Shown here: one piece after another, positions 52,894 to 64,000 of the stretch | How the letters are laid out: each line of letters opens with the position of its first letter | Numbering within the stretch: the first letter of the stretch is position 1 | Source of the DNA: Lama glama | Taxonomy: Eukaryota | Reading direction: 5' to 3' | Length of the DNA: 64,000 bases | Assembly (NCBI GenBank): GCA_028534125.1 | Contig: CM052817.1 | Coordinates: 77,502,001 to 77,566,000 of the forward strand | Notes under the pieces: model-generated | What the model saw: the letters and a program-made list of their open reading frames with translations, nothing else | Database searches by the model: none | Told to the model about the DNA's origin: nothing | Made by a program: the position numbers and the translations under genes

Positions 52894-55800
52894 CTTACGG
52901 ATTTAAAAGATATCTCTCTCTCCCCACCCCACCCCTTGTCATTTCAACACCTCCCTGTGATATATACCAAAGGGGCTGCTTAAAGGAAGAGTCACTGACT
53001 TGTTATTCGGATATAGAATCTTAGCACTGGATCTTAGTGCTAGAGATTGTCTGGTCCAGTTAACTCATTTTCAAGATGATTGAACTAAATTCAGATGAGA
53101 CTTGCCCAAAGTCCCCAAGTAGCTATGTCACAGCCTGGACCAGACCTAAGAGTTCTCATCCGCCAGCCAGGGCTCAATCTACCACACAGGTCCCATGAGG
53201 GATATTTTAAGAAGGGAATTCTCCCATCTATTCAAGTCATTGTTGGCCCTGTTTTCTCTACAAGAGAAGGGCACAGGTTCCTATTACTTTCATCTGTTGA
53301 GTATCAGCTATGTGCTGGGCACTATGCTAGATGTTTTATAGACAATACCTCAGTTAAGAACAATCTCAGAAAGCCATTGCTATTTCCCCCATTTTTCAAG
53401 TGAGAAAAATTAAGTCGCAGAACTTGAGTTCTAGTTAGTAAGTGGAAATGAGACAGGAGGGAAGGGGGCAGGGCACGGACCCTCCCTTGGCAAGGTGTGA
53501 ACCGGGGACCCGGCTGAAACTGGGACATGACCATTCTCACATGCACCATTTTCCTGCAACAGAAAGGCTAGGGTTTAGGCAAGTCTGTGTGATTCCAAAA
53601 CCAACACCATTTTCACTATATCACTCCTGAGTTCTAGGGAGGCTGAGGCAGCCTGTATTTCTGGAACATTGGTCTCATTTTTAATTATCTCTGGATGATC
53701 TTGGGGACTTTGATGAGGTGATCCATGTTCTTCAAATGTGCCACAACTTGTTCCACAGTATTTCCTCCACATGGAACAGTCTTCCCCCAGAGTGTCCTTG
53801 AAAACAGGAACACGTGTCAGATGGGCGATGAGGGATCTGATCACAAGGGGTCTTACAGGCCATTAGAAGGACAGTGGCTTTTGCTCTGAATGAAATAGGA
53901 GACACTGCAGTATTTTGTACAGAGGAGTGACACCATCTGATTTAGATTTTTAAAGGCTCATCCTGGCTGCTGTGTTGAAAAAGAGACTAAGAGGGCAGAG
54001 TAAGGAAAGTAGAAAGTGGAAGGCTTTTTAGGGATTATTACAGTAATCGGGGAAAGATAAATGGTGACTCTTGCCAAGGTGAGAGTGATGGAAGTGAGGG
54101 GAAGTGGATGGCTTCTGGAGTTATATATGTGTATGTATTAAATTTCTAACTTTTTGTCATGGAAAATTTCAAGTACATATAAAAGTTAGGAGAAAAGTTT
54201 ATGAACTGCCATGCTCCTAATAGGTACCCAGTCAGCCTATCACGTGTCAGACACTTTTCCAACAGCTGCAACAGTTGTCAACTTGTGACCAGTCTTGTTT
54301 CATCTTTACCCCTCCCCACTGTCTCCCCAACCCTAGATTGAGGAGGAAGCAATTTGAAGGAAACCCCAGAGGCCACATTTCATGTATAAATGTTTCGGCT
54401 TTTACCACTCCAGCTGCTTCTAGCTGCCCCTCTATTCTGAGATTCACGCTGTGGCTCCTGCTTGCTCATTGCTTTGTGTTCTCATGGCTTTCACCTACTG
54501 CTTGCCCTCTTAGTCCTCTTTCCGCCTTTTTCCTTCTACCAATTACTGTGTATTTCTCAAATTCAGAATCTCTAAAGAGGGGTTCTTCTAGGTTCAATTA
54601 GTTGTGTTGTTCCTTCTGCACAGAGCTTGTAAACTGGCTGAGTTGTGCTGGATTGGCTGCTTTTGGGTCAGGCACCCTCTCTTGGTCAGTCAAGTTGACA
54701 TGCTATCAAGGCCCATTTCCCAAAGAGGGGTTATAGCAGTGGCAAACTTAGCAAATGATAGGCTGCTCTTCAGTTCTAATAAATAGTAGAGATTTAATGC
54801 TAGAAAGGTTATAAATTGTACACAAAAAGTGAGCCTGCAATGAGGCTAGAAATAGATAAGTGCCTAACCACTTAATTGCCATTATTTTACAGTCTGACCT
54901 GACTCATTTGGAGTGCTATTCTTGGGTGCCACAAAGGAATTAAGGGACATTTTAAAAGATATTTTTGTTTATAATAGGCTGAGTGATAGCATAGATCATA
55001 ATGTACTGGGCTGAAAGTCAGGACCTACATTTAGTTCCTGTGTTCATCATGGACTCTGTACTACATTAGACAAGCTAATAAACTTCTTGATGCCTTAGTT
55101 TCTCCACTTTCAGATGAGATTAATACCTGCCCATTTCCTGTTTCACATATGTAGATACCATAAAATCAGAGAGGTAAAAGCACTTTGAGACTTTATTTTA
55201 AAAAAAGCATGTGAAAAATCTAAATAACTACTATGTCCTATGTGAAGTTTTTAATGAAGTTGTAAAACAAACAGTGGATTTAAGTTCTTGCTTTTTGCAA
55301 AAGATTACATATTCTCTAATCTATTCATCTTCATCATGTACTTAGATGTTTTTCTTCCCACATTGTAATGTGTCTGCCATGTTTATATAGCACTTAGAAT
55401 GGTACCTGGAACTTGGTAAGAACTGTATATATGTTATCTGTTACCTTTATCAGTATGAAAAAAAATTAAAACAAAAGTCTGTAGAGTTAAATGCTTAAAA
55501 AATTGATCTCCTTCCCCGCCCTGTAATACATACCCACCTAAAATGCAGTTGCTTGAAATACATAAAATAGAACATCATGTGAATATATGAGTGAAAGAAA
55601 ACGTTTGGGGCCCTGGAAAATTGTCAGTGTTTATGAATAAAAGGGGGGTGATACTTGGAGGTGACATTTTCGTTATCTGAGAGCCCATTTGTTCTCAGAC
55701 AGGTTAGTGTACCTGCTGCATAAGAGTTACTTGGGAGTTTTCTAAAATCCCTGGTTCTGTTTCTGGAGATTCTGATCTAGTAGGCTAACAGTGCAGATTA

Positions 55801-56265
55801 AACGTGTAATTTTTCTATTTAAGTTTCTCAGCTGATCCTGATGCTCACCCAGGTCTGGGAATCACTGACAATGTAGAAAGATATGATACAGCTCTTTGCC
55901 TTAGTATATCATTTCTTTCCTATCATATTATTCAAAGTATGTGGTATGTCTGGGGAAATACACATTTGCACACCCACAAAAGACAACGGGGAGGATGTCT
56001 GTTAAAATCAGAATGGTGATTATCTCTGAGTTGTGGGTTTATGGAAATATTTATTTTGCATTTGCCTTTCTTATTTCTAAAATTTCTGGTTGAAGGAAAC
56101 AAAGGAAAATATTTACAACCAGTGCAGGATTTTAAAGCCTGCCCCCACCGCCATGCAATATATGTTTTCAGTTTACTGAACCCAAAACAGTCTATCAACG
56201 CATGTGTTGCATAGCTTTTTTTTTTTTAAAGGAGAGGCTACTTATAAAGCAATGTGGGAACAATA

Positions 56266-56271
56266 TTTATT
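56266..56271 (-). terminator. Probable FABP2 polyadenylation signal AATAAA
   Basis: AATAAA on the minus strand about 260 nt after the stop codon. Confidence 0.6.
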
Positions 56272-56530
56272 CATCTGTTTTTTAAAATGTCACAAATTCT
56301 TTTTGAACACCAATAAATGTACATCTTTGAGAATGTAAAACAAGTTAAATCCTAATTAGCTTTTGCTTGTTTTGTTCTGGCCAAGACTGGAAATAAAAGC
56401 CATTGGCCAATGTTTATAAAAGGACTAATCAGTCAGCAACTTTATACTTGATGAGGAGAGAAAAACGGTCCTGATTCAATATAGATTTTCCATCTAATTT
56501 GTGTTCTGGGCTGTGCTCCAAGAACAATGC

Positions 56531-56581
56531 TCACTCCTTTTTGAAGATCCTCTTGGCTTCTACTCCTTCATATGTGTAAGT
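56531..56581 (-). CDS. FABP2: FABP2 exon 4 coding part to TGA
   Basis: ttttcag acceptor, TYTYEGVEAKRIFKKE*. Confidence 0.95.
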   Translation of the reverse strand, partial: TYTYEGVEAKRIFKKE

Positions 56582-59500
56582 CTGAAAAGTATTAACAAAC
56601 ATAGAAGAATTTGCCGTTAAGATTAAAGGCTAAATTAAGAAAAATATTAGTAGTAATATACTTTTGAAATGAGTTTATAAAGTATTTTTTCTTGTACTTG
56701 ATAGCAACATTTTATACAAATACAGGATATATCCATTTAAAAACACATTTTGGTTTGTAGTCACTTAAATTTTCAATTAAAATAGGCTTGATGTATTTGA
56801 CGTATAAGTTCTCTTCAACAAACGGACATCAGAAAATATATTTTTAAAATTAGTAAGATGTATAAGAAAAGTATAGTCTATTTTTTGATGATATAACTCA
56901 ACAACCCCCCACATAAAATTATTGTTGTATAGTTATTTTTGTCTTTGGGAAATGTTTTTCCCACTCACCTGGACCATTTCACCACCGATAATTTCTCGGA
57001 CAGTATTTAGTTCGTTTCCATTGTCGAGCCGTTTGAATTTTCCAACAAGTTTATTTCCCTCTAGGCTCCAACTACCCTATATAAAAATAAAGAAAATAAT
57101 AATAATAAAACAGCAGCTTTTAGAGTCCTGCATGTGTCAGGCACTATTCTGAGATCTACAGGTCTGCTCCTTCAAACGTGACTATAACCCTATGAAGTAG
57201 ATATTATTATCACTATTTCACAGATGAGAAAACAGAGAGATACAGTAATTTACCTAAAGTCACAAAGCCAGGCTTGATCCTAGGCTGTTGGGCTCTAGAG
57301 TGTGTGCTGGTAACCATTCTGCCCGTCCTACTCAGTAGTTTGCAAATGCCAAACATTAAGGCAGATTGGCAGGGCCTCTTTTCTAAACCTTTCATGTTAC
57401 AAAGAGTATTCTAAATTTAGTCATGGTTCAAATTAGCTTCATGGAGAAGCTCACAAGCTTGTGTTTGTTTTAATTTATGTAATTATTGTAGTGATTTAAA
57501 ATCAGTCATAATTGATAAAATATTTGACAGTTTGCAATTGTCATTGCAAGCATGTATAATTTAACTAGAAAAATTCTGGGGACAAAAAGTTTTTTAAAAA
57601 TCAGTTGAAAAATGGGCCTCTGTAAAATTTTATATCTTAAATATTAAAAGGTATATTCCCAGTGACACATATTGTATCATTAGACCTTTCCATTTGGTCA
57701 CACACTCATTCACTAATTTATCCATTTATTTTATTATTTCAATTATGTTAATTAAATGTCTCTTATGTTTAAGCTAGATAACTCTGAAAGCTTTTGTTGT
57801 TGTCAGGTATGTAAACTTGAAAGCACTGAGCTTTAGTTTTCTTTATGAATAGGTGTATACCCAGTCTTTCAAAGGATATTTTTCTAATTCTTATTGTTTA
57901 TTCCAGGTTCTTTACAGATGTGTGTGAAAATCAAAACATTATGTTTAAAATACTCTGCCACTTGTATGAGATATAATATGGATAAACTCCATTGGCTGCC
58001 TCAGTAAATGAAGGAGACCTATATTTATTAAACCATCCAATGACAGAAAGCAGAGATTATTTTAGTACTGTGTAGAAAAATTGGCAATGCATTGCTTATA
58101 AAAAATTTCTTACAGTGACTTCAGTTCCATCCGCGAGGCTGTAATTAAAAGTGACACCAAGCTCAAAAATAATTTCAGTGCTTCGAAAATTGCTTGATTC
58201 TTTGACTGTGAATTTATTTCCTTCCTGTGTGATTACTAGTTTCAAATTGTCATGAGCTGCAAGCTTCCTTTTCACCACATTAATACCTGCAAAGGGACAG
58301 AGATTAGAGAAAATGAAGTCAGATTGATGTAGAAGGTGCTTATTTTTCTGAGTTCTGTATTAATGAACGAACTAATTAATTAATTAATATTTTGAGGATG
58401 GGAAGGAAAACCTGATAGCATTGCCTTTGCACAAGAGTATTCAGATTGCTTCTGTAGGAGAAGTTCAAGCTAAATCAGATCAAACTATTTTTCTAAAACT
58501 TAAGAAAAATTAAATAAAATGTAGAATTGTAGAATCTTAGAACTGAGTAATTCTTTAAAAATTATAAACATTTTTCACAGACATAGAAAACAAACTTATG
58601 GTTAACAGCAGGGCAAGGGGTGGGAAGGGATAAATTGGAAGTTCAAGATTTGCAGATACTAACTACTATATATAAAATACATAAATAAAAAGTTTATACT
58701 GTATATCACAGGAAACTATATTCAATATCTTGTAGTAACTTATGGTGAAAAGAATATGAAGATGAATGTATGTATGATCATGTATGACTGAAGCATTATG
58801 CTGTACACCAGAAACTGACACAACATTGTAAACAGACTATACTTCAATAAAAATATATATGTTAAAAATTATCAACATTTTAATTTCAGGGTTAAGTAAA
58901 TCAAATTCCAGGAATGTCCAGTGAAGAATTTTAAAAGTATATTTATATATTTATAAGGATATACAACTTTAATTTTGCATATATGGTACTCTTTTTTTTT
59001 TTAAAATGCCACTTTGCTTTCCATATTGGCTTTAACACTTTGAACTTCATAATTCTTTTTGCTTTTTGTGGCATTTCTGACTGTCACAAAAATGAGAAAA
59101 TTCTTTATTGTAAGGATGTACCAATTCCATAAATTTAAACTTGGAATCTCTGAACTACAGTATATAATTAATGCAGATTTTTATTTTTAAGGGATGACGT
59201 GAATTTTTTTGCCCATCTTGTTCAGTGTATGGGCTGCTAGAGTATTGGTATAGATATTAAAATCAGTTAAATTAAAAACTTCCATAGAAACTACACAGCA
59301 TCGTGAGATTATTCCAAAAGTTTTATAAGTCAGAGGAAAAGAGAATTAAGTCTCATTTATTCAGAGCTATGACTTTTGATAGAACTCTTTTTCATTACTT
59401 TATTATATGGTCTTTGCTTTTCCATCCCCTAGAATTCAGTGTTTCAAAGTCTGAAAGTTACCATTATGCACTGCCATATTTTACTTTCTAAACAATGCCA

Positions 59501-59857
59501 AAAAAAAAATGATCAATTTTCAATCAGCAGTTAATGTGAATGAAACATATCTGGATGTTTTTATGTTTCAGAGAATAGCACCCAAGAGTCTTTTCTTTCA
59601 CTAGTGAGGCAGTGTATTCTTCCTAATGCTAGAAGGAAGAATATGGTTTTCCCTGCTTGGAACCATCACACTTTCTCAGTCCTCACTGCCACAACAGGTG
59701 CCATTCTCTAAGCCTTGAGGTTTAGAAGGAGTTAGAAGGAAAAATGTCTGAGAAACAAAAGAACAAGCCATTAAAGTATTAAGCCCTTACCCATTTTTTC
59801 CATAAACTTTTCATAGTTCTCATTTCGGTCTACCTTCCAAGTACCATCAAACGCCAT
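56531..59857 (-). CDS. FABP2: Intestinal fatty acid-binding protein, complement(join(56531-56581,56969-57076,58114-58286,59791-59857)); 132 aa
   Basis: MAFDGTWKVDRNENYEKFMEKMG/INVVKRKLAAHDNLK...GTEVT/GSWSLEGNKLVGKFKR...EMVQ/TYTYEGVEAKRIFKKE*; exon coding sizes 67/173/108/51, GT-AG introns. Confidence 0.97.
56969..57076 (-). CDS. FABP2: FABP2 exon 3
   Basis: tatag acceptor, GTGAGT donor, 36 codons. Confidence 0.95.
58114..58286 (-). CDS. FABP2: FABP2 exon 2
   Basis: Matches ORF 58096..58278; tttgcag acceptor, GTAAGA donor. Confidence 0.96.
58576..58863 (+). mobile_element. 5'-truncated L1 3' end in FABP2 intron 1
   Basis: L1 3' UTR (CACAGACATAGAAAACAAACTTATGG...GACTATACTTCAATAAAA) with near-perfect TSD AAAAATTAT[A/C]AACATTTT at 58557-58574 and 58864-58881. 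Confidence 0.85.
59791..59857 (-). CDS. FABP2: FABP2 exon 1 coding part
   Basis: accATGG start; donor GTAAGG. Confidence 0.96.
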
Positions 59858-59944
59858 GGTCTGCAGTTGATTGAGCCTCTAGGCAACTCTTCTCCAGTTA
59901 ATTCAGCCTCTAGGCAATCAAAGATTCAGGTCTGTCCTTAGGAG

Positions 59945-60214
59945 AGAATTTATTCTCTTTCTTATCTTAGAACCAACTTCATACTGTGATGTGGAAGTTT
60001 AAAGTTCAAGGGGTCACTTAACTACACTAATGTCACACCATTTTAGTTTTCTGAGTTTCTATAAATTCCTTAGCTCCTCACCTAAAATTCAACTGCATTA
60101 AAACATGATAAGCATACCTACTCTGTCTTAAACTACAATTTGTGAGCACATTTATTTCAAGAATTAGAAGGCATACTGTCTGGATAGGTTTTCTGCTTAC
60201 GAGTTCAAAGTGCA
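59945..60214 (-). promoter_or_regulatory. FABP2 proximal promoter: TATA-like AATAAAT (~59948-59954), GATA site (59962-59967), DR1/HNF4-type elements (59995-60008, 60202-60214)
   Basis: Minus strand reads TGAACTTTAAACTT...AGATAAGAAAGAGAATAAAT; plus strand has AGTTCA-A-AGTGCA at 60202. Consistent with known HNF4/GATA control of intestinal FABP. Confidence 0.65.
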
Positions 60215-62103
60215 TGTTATGTTGAATGTAACATGATTTATCAAATAACATCAGAGAAATGAGACTATTAATGACCTATCCCTTTTTTACAATAGCAATT
60301 ACCTTGTAAAGTAAGACTTAATGACTGAGTACAACTGAAAAGTTAGTTAATATGATATTGAGGCTGAAAATTTATTAATTTTTCTAATGGTGTTCTTTTG
60401 GATTGTGTTTTGGGTTGCTAAGACTTTGGCATGACACACAATAGGTACCCATTATATTTTTGTTTTGATCTTGAATGATGATAGGCCACTAAGAAAAATT
60501 TCAAGAGGTAGAAGTGTGGCTGGATAACATGAAAACTCCCATAAGAGAGGGAATCAGCTTTAAACATCTACCACATGCAGAGAAGACAAAAGCCAGATGT
60601 CAGCTATGCCATTAGCTAAAACCATTCCTTTGTTTTACTCTTCACTCCCTCTCATCCCCAAACCTGGTGCAGTCATAAGCCAAAACTCTGTGTGTGTGGT
60701 GGGGGGTTGGGGTATGAAGGGTAGATAGAAAGGTGACAAGAGGGGAAGGTCACCGTGGCTCTCCCTTCTCCGACTGCAGTCTTGCAATCTGGCGCAGGCC
60801 CTAGCTGGGGTCGGGGGTTAGGGGGCTTTAACTTAGCATAAAGTGCAGAGTTTTGATTATTAGTGAGCCTGAACATATTAATTACTAAAAGGAGACTATT
60901 ATTGTGAGTGAATGTGACCAGAAAATCTCTTCAGTACAGAAGCTATAGGGCATGCCCAAGATTTCGTTCAGCATCAGGGGAAGGATAAATCTACCAGATT
61001 TGAGCAGGACATTGAGAAAAAGAATAAAGTGTTTTTTTTTTTTTTTTAGTTTGATATCTATTGGGCACACTCTTTCAGTGGAGTTGCTCACTTTTTATTT
61101 TCTCAAGTAAGCACATTAAAAAGTAAACTACCTTCTACTAGCTCCATTATTTCATTTAAAAAGAAAAAGATCAGAGTATACACATGTACACACTCATATA
61201 CACAGAGAGAGGAGGAGAGAGAAAGTGGGTAGGTCAGGGGAGAGAGAGATCATAATTTTAGAATAATAGTTTTATTTATACTTCTAGCTTTATGGAAAAA
61301 AATTGACTACTTTGTCTTTGTTTTCCTCTCTTTTCCCAAAGATAATGAAAACCTCATCATTTGGGAACCATAACCTTTTAGTGGACTTTCAACTTGGAGA
61401 AGAGAGGAAAAGTTTATGGTTACTCTAAAGCCAAGATCTAAATAGTCTTTCTGGTAATCCACTACTTACGGTGATTTGTGAATTTAGAAGGCCTTGGAGT
61501 ATAGATCCAGTCTTTTTTCCTAGATTAGAAAAAACAGATGTATCTGGTCACTAGAACAGAAATGTAGTGTAGTAAAAAGAACATGTGTTTTAGAAACAAA
61601 GACTTGGGTTTCAATCCTTCCTAAAACACCCATTATACACTATGCGGGGTATTGATCATATTACTCAATCTCTCTGAGCCTCAGTTTCCTCATCTATAAA
61701 ATGAAGATAATAACATTACCTAATACATACATACATACATAGGGTTTTATGAACAAAAATTTGATAAAGCACAAACTGAAGCAGCTGATAGACATCAAGT
61801 ACTCAACAAACCTTTGTTCCTCGTTACATTCCCTGAGAAAGAAAATCCAACATCAGTAATAAACTTTTGGAAGTATCCCAGGCCTCAGACCACTTTGATG
61901 TTCAGTAAAGAAAATCCATGTTTTCTGCTGTTTATTAGAAAGTCACCTAAAATTTATTTATTTAGGTATTTTGTGGCTTGCACTAGTGATTAACTTGGTA
62001 CCAGGTATGACTTGGATTTGCCTGTTAAGGACAGCATGATGCTTTAGGTCTCTCTGGGAATACATCTTTCCTTTCTGTGATCTCACAGCGATTGAAGTAA
62101 AGT

Positions 62104-62232
62104 GGGGATATATATAGCTCAGTGGTATAGTGCATATTTAGCATGCGCACGGTCCTGGGTTCATAGCATGCTCATGGTCCTGGGTTCAATCTCCAGTACC
62201 TCCATTAAAAAAAAAAAAAAAGAAAAGAAAAA
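62104..62232 (+). mobile_element. Vic-1-type camelid SINE with internal 25-bp duplication
   Basis: TAGCTCAGTGGTA A box, GGTTCAATC B box, CAGTACCTCCATT plus poly(A). Confidence 0.82.
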
Positions 62233-62532
62233 GTGCCTGACTCAGGAAGGTGGGAAGGAAGAACCAAAAATGGCTTCTTACCATTGTTTACCTAACAGTG
62301 CCTTCCAAACAGGAGTTTACCCCTTATCTCATGGTTACCTTGAGCTTCTCAAGAAGACCAGAATAGAATCAGGTAGAAGCAGATAGTCCTTGGACTCATG
62401 CAAACCTGCTAACAGAATGGACATGTGAAACTTTCAGTGTTCTATTTATCAGTGGCAGTAACCTAATTTAAAGTTGGTTAGGAATCCCTGTTCTCTCTGT
62501 AGAATGACATCACTGGATTATTATTTTTTTTT

Positions 62533-63031
62533 NNNNNNNNNNNNNNNNNNNNNNNNNNNNNNNNNNNNNNNNNNNNNNNNNNNNNNNNNNNNNNNNNNNN
62601 NNNNNNNNNNNNNNNNNNNNNNNNNNNNNNNNNNNNNNNNNNNNNNNNNNNNNNNNNNNNNNNNNNNNNNNNNNNNNNNNNNNNNNNNNNNNNNNNNNNN
62701 NNNNNNNNNNNNNNNNNNNNNNNNNNNNNNNNNNNNNNNNNNNNNNNNNNNNNNNNNNNNNNNNNNNNNNNNNNNNNNNNNNNNNNNNNNNNNNNNNNNN
62801 NNNNNNNNNNNNNNNNNNNNNNNNNNNNNNNNNNNNNNNNNNNNNNNNNNNNNNNNNNNNNNNNNNNNNNNNNNNNNNNNNNNNNNNNNNNNNNNNNNNN
62901 NNNNNNNNNNNNNNNNNNNNNNNNNNNNNNNNNNNNNNNNNNNNNNNNNNNNNNNNNNNNNNNNNNNNNNNNNNNNNNNNNNNNNNNNNNNNNNNNNNNN
63001 NNNNNNNNNNNNNNNNNNNNNNNNNNNNNNN
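62533..63031. other. Assembly gap (N run)
   Basis: About 500 Ns. Confidence 0.99.
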
Positions 63032-64000
63032 NTTTCACATGTTGAAGTATTTTTGATGTGTTTGTGGAGGGAAGGTGAGCTGTGCGACCTCCTGCTTGGC
63101 CAACTCGATCCCTGCTTTACCCTACTGCTTTCTATTGTGGTACTAAGGTCATGGGTTTACCTCATGTCATGTAATATTTGACTCCCTGCCTACCTTGCAG
63201 CCCAGGTGAGGAGCCCCCATTTGCAGGCTTTCCAAAAGAAAGTTAATTGCAGATAATTGGCCCCAGATATGTCTAGTTGATAGAATACCACAAGGGACTT
63301 TGGCTCCTAAATGAAGTGAAGCAAATTTTCATCTCATTGAAAAAAACAATGTTGCCAAAGTGCTCCTTTTTAGGCTTGGTAGAAGTAATATTGCAGAAAT
63401 CAAGAACGTGTTAATGGTTTTAGGAAAAGTATCAATTGGCTTTGCTATACCTTTTATGAATAGCTTTATCTCCTTGCCACAGAGAATCACACTTTGTGGG
63501 GAGACTGCCATAACTGTGTATGTTCATTGTAGATAATTTTGAATATACAGCCAAGTAAAAAGAAAAGTAAAAATTGTTCAAGATGTCATCTCCCAGGGTA
63601 ATTAGAGCTAGTGTTTATGTATGTTTATTTATAGGTGTAAGTACATGCACCATTCATTTATATAAAATATACATTTTACGTAAATAGATGGGATCATACT
63701 ATATGTACTAGTTTGTAAACGCTTTAAAAATTAACAACTGTCTTAAAGTTTTCTCATTTTATTAAATATTCTTCTATATCATTAAGAAATTTTTAAAAAT
63801 TGTAGGTTAATGAGCAGTCAGTGCAGGTAACTTAGAAAAAGGCATAAAGAAAAAATTTAATTGAGGACTCATAATCCCACCAACTGAAGATAATTACTAT
63901 AGTGTTTATGTACAGTTCCTCTACTTTTAAGTATATGTGTATGTTTGTACACAGCTGCACATACGTATGTGTGTATTTTCATATGTTCCTATGTGCACAT

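Noticed and set aside
60700..60880. GC-richer patch upstream of FABP2 as a CTCF site or enhancer
   Set aside because: Only partial motif matches; not supportable without chromatin or conservation data.

Overview
Mammalian genomic DNA, most likely camelid (alpaca/camel), judged from two Vic-1-type tRNA-derived SINEs. It carries the USP53 (+) / C4orf3-ALN (-) / FABP2 (-) block, in the order I recall for human 4q26. I assembled three spliced CDSs by hand from GT-AG boundaries with consistent phases. USP53 has 15 coding exons (3046-34853; 3327 nt, 1108 aa) with Cys41/His301/Asp318 intact. C4orf3/another-regulin is a 68-aa micropeptide whose TGA is split across its intron. FABP2 has 4 exons and 132 aa. 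The remainder is intronic/intergenic sequence with L1, L2, MIR, MLT, DNA-transposon and ERV remnants, plus two ~500-N gaps. The most notable observations are a rearranged MER34-like provirus next to the C4orf3 promoter, a tailless U2 snRNA retrocopy and uORFs upstream of the USP53 start, an orphan poly(A) insertion, a SINE-donated poly(A) signal right after the USP53 catalytic domain, and a palindromic bidirectional AATAAA. I found no convincing new multi-gene system. Repeat family names and human comparisons are from memory, not from searches.
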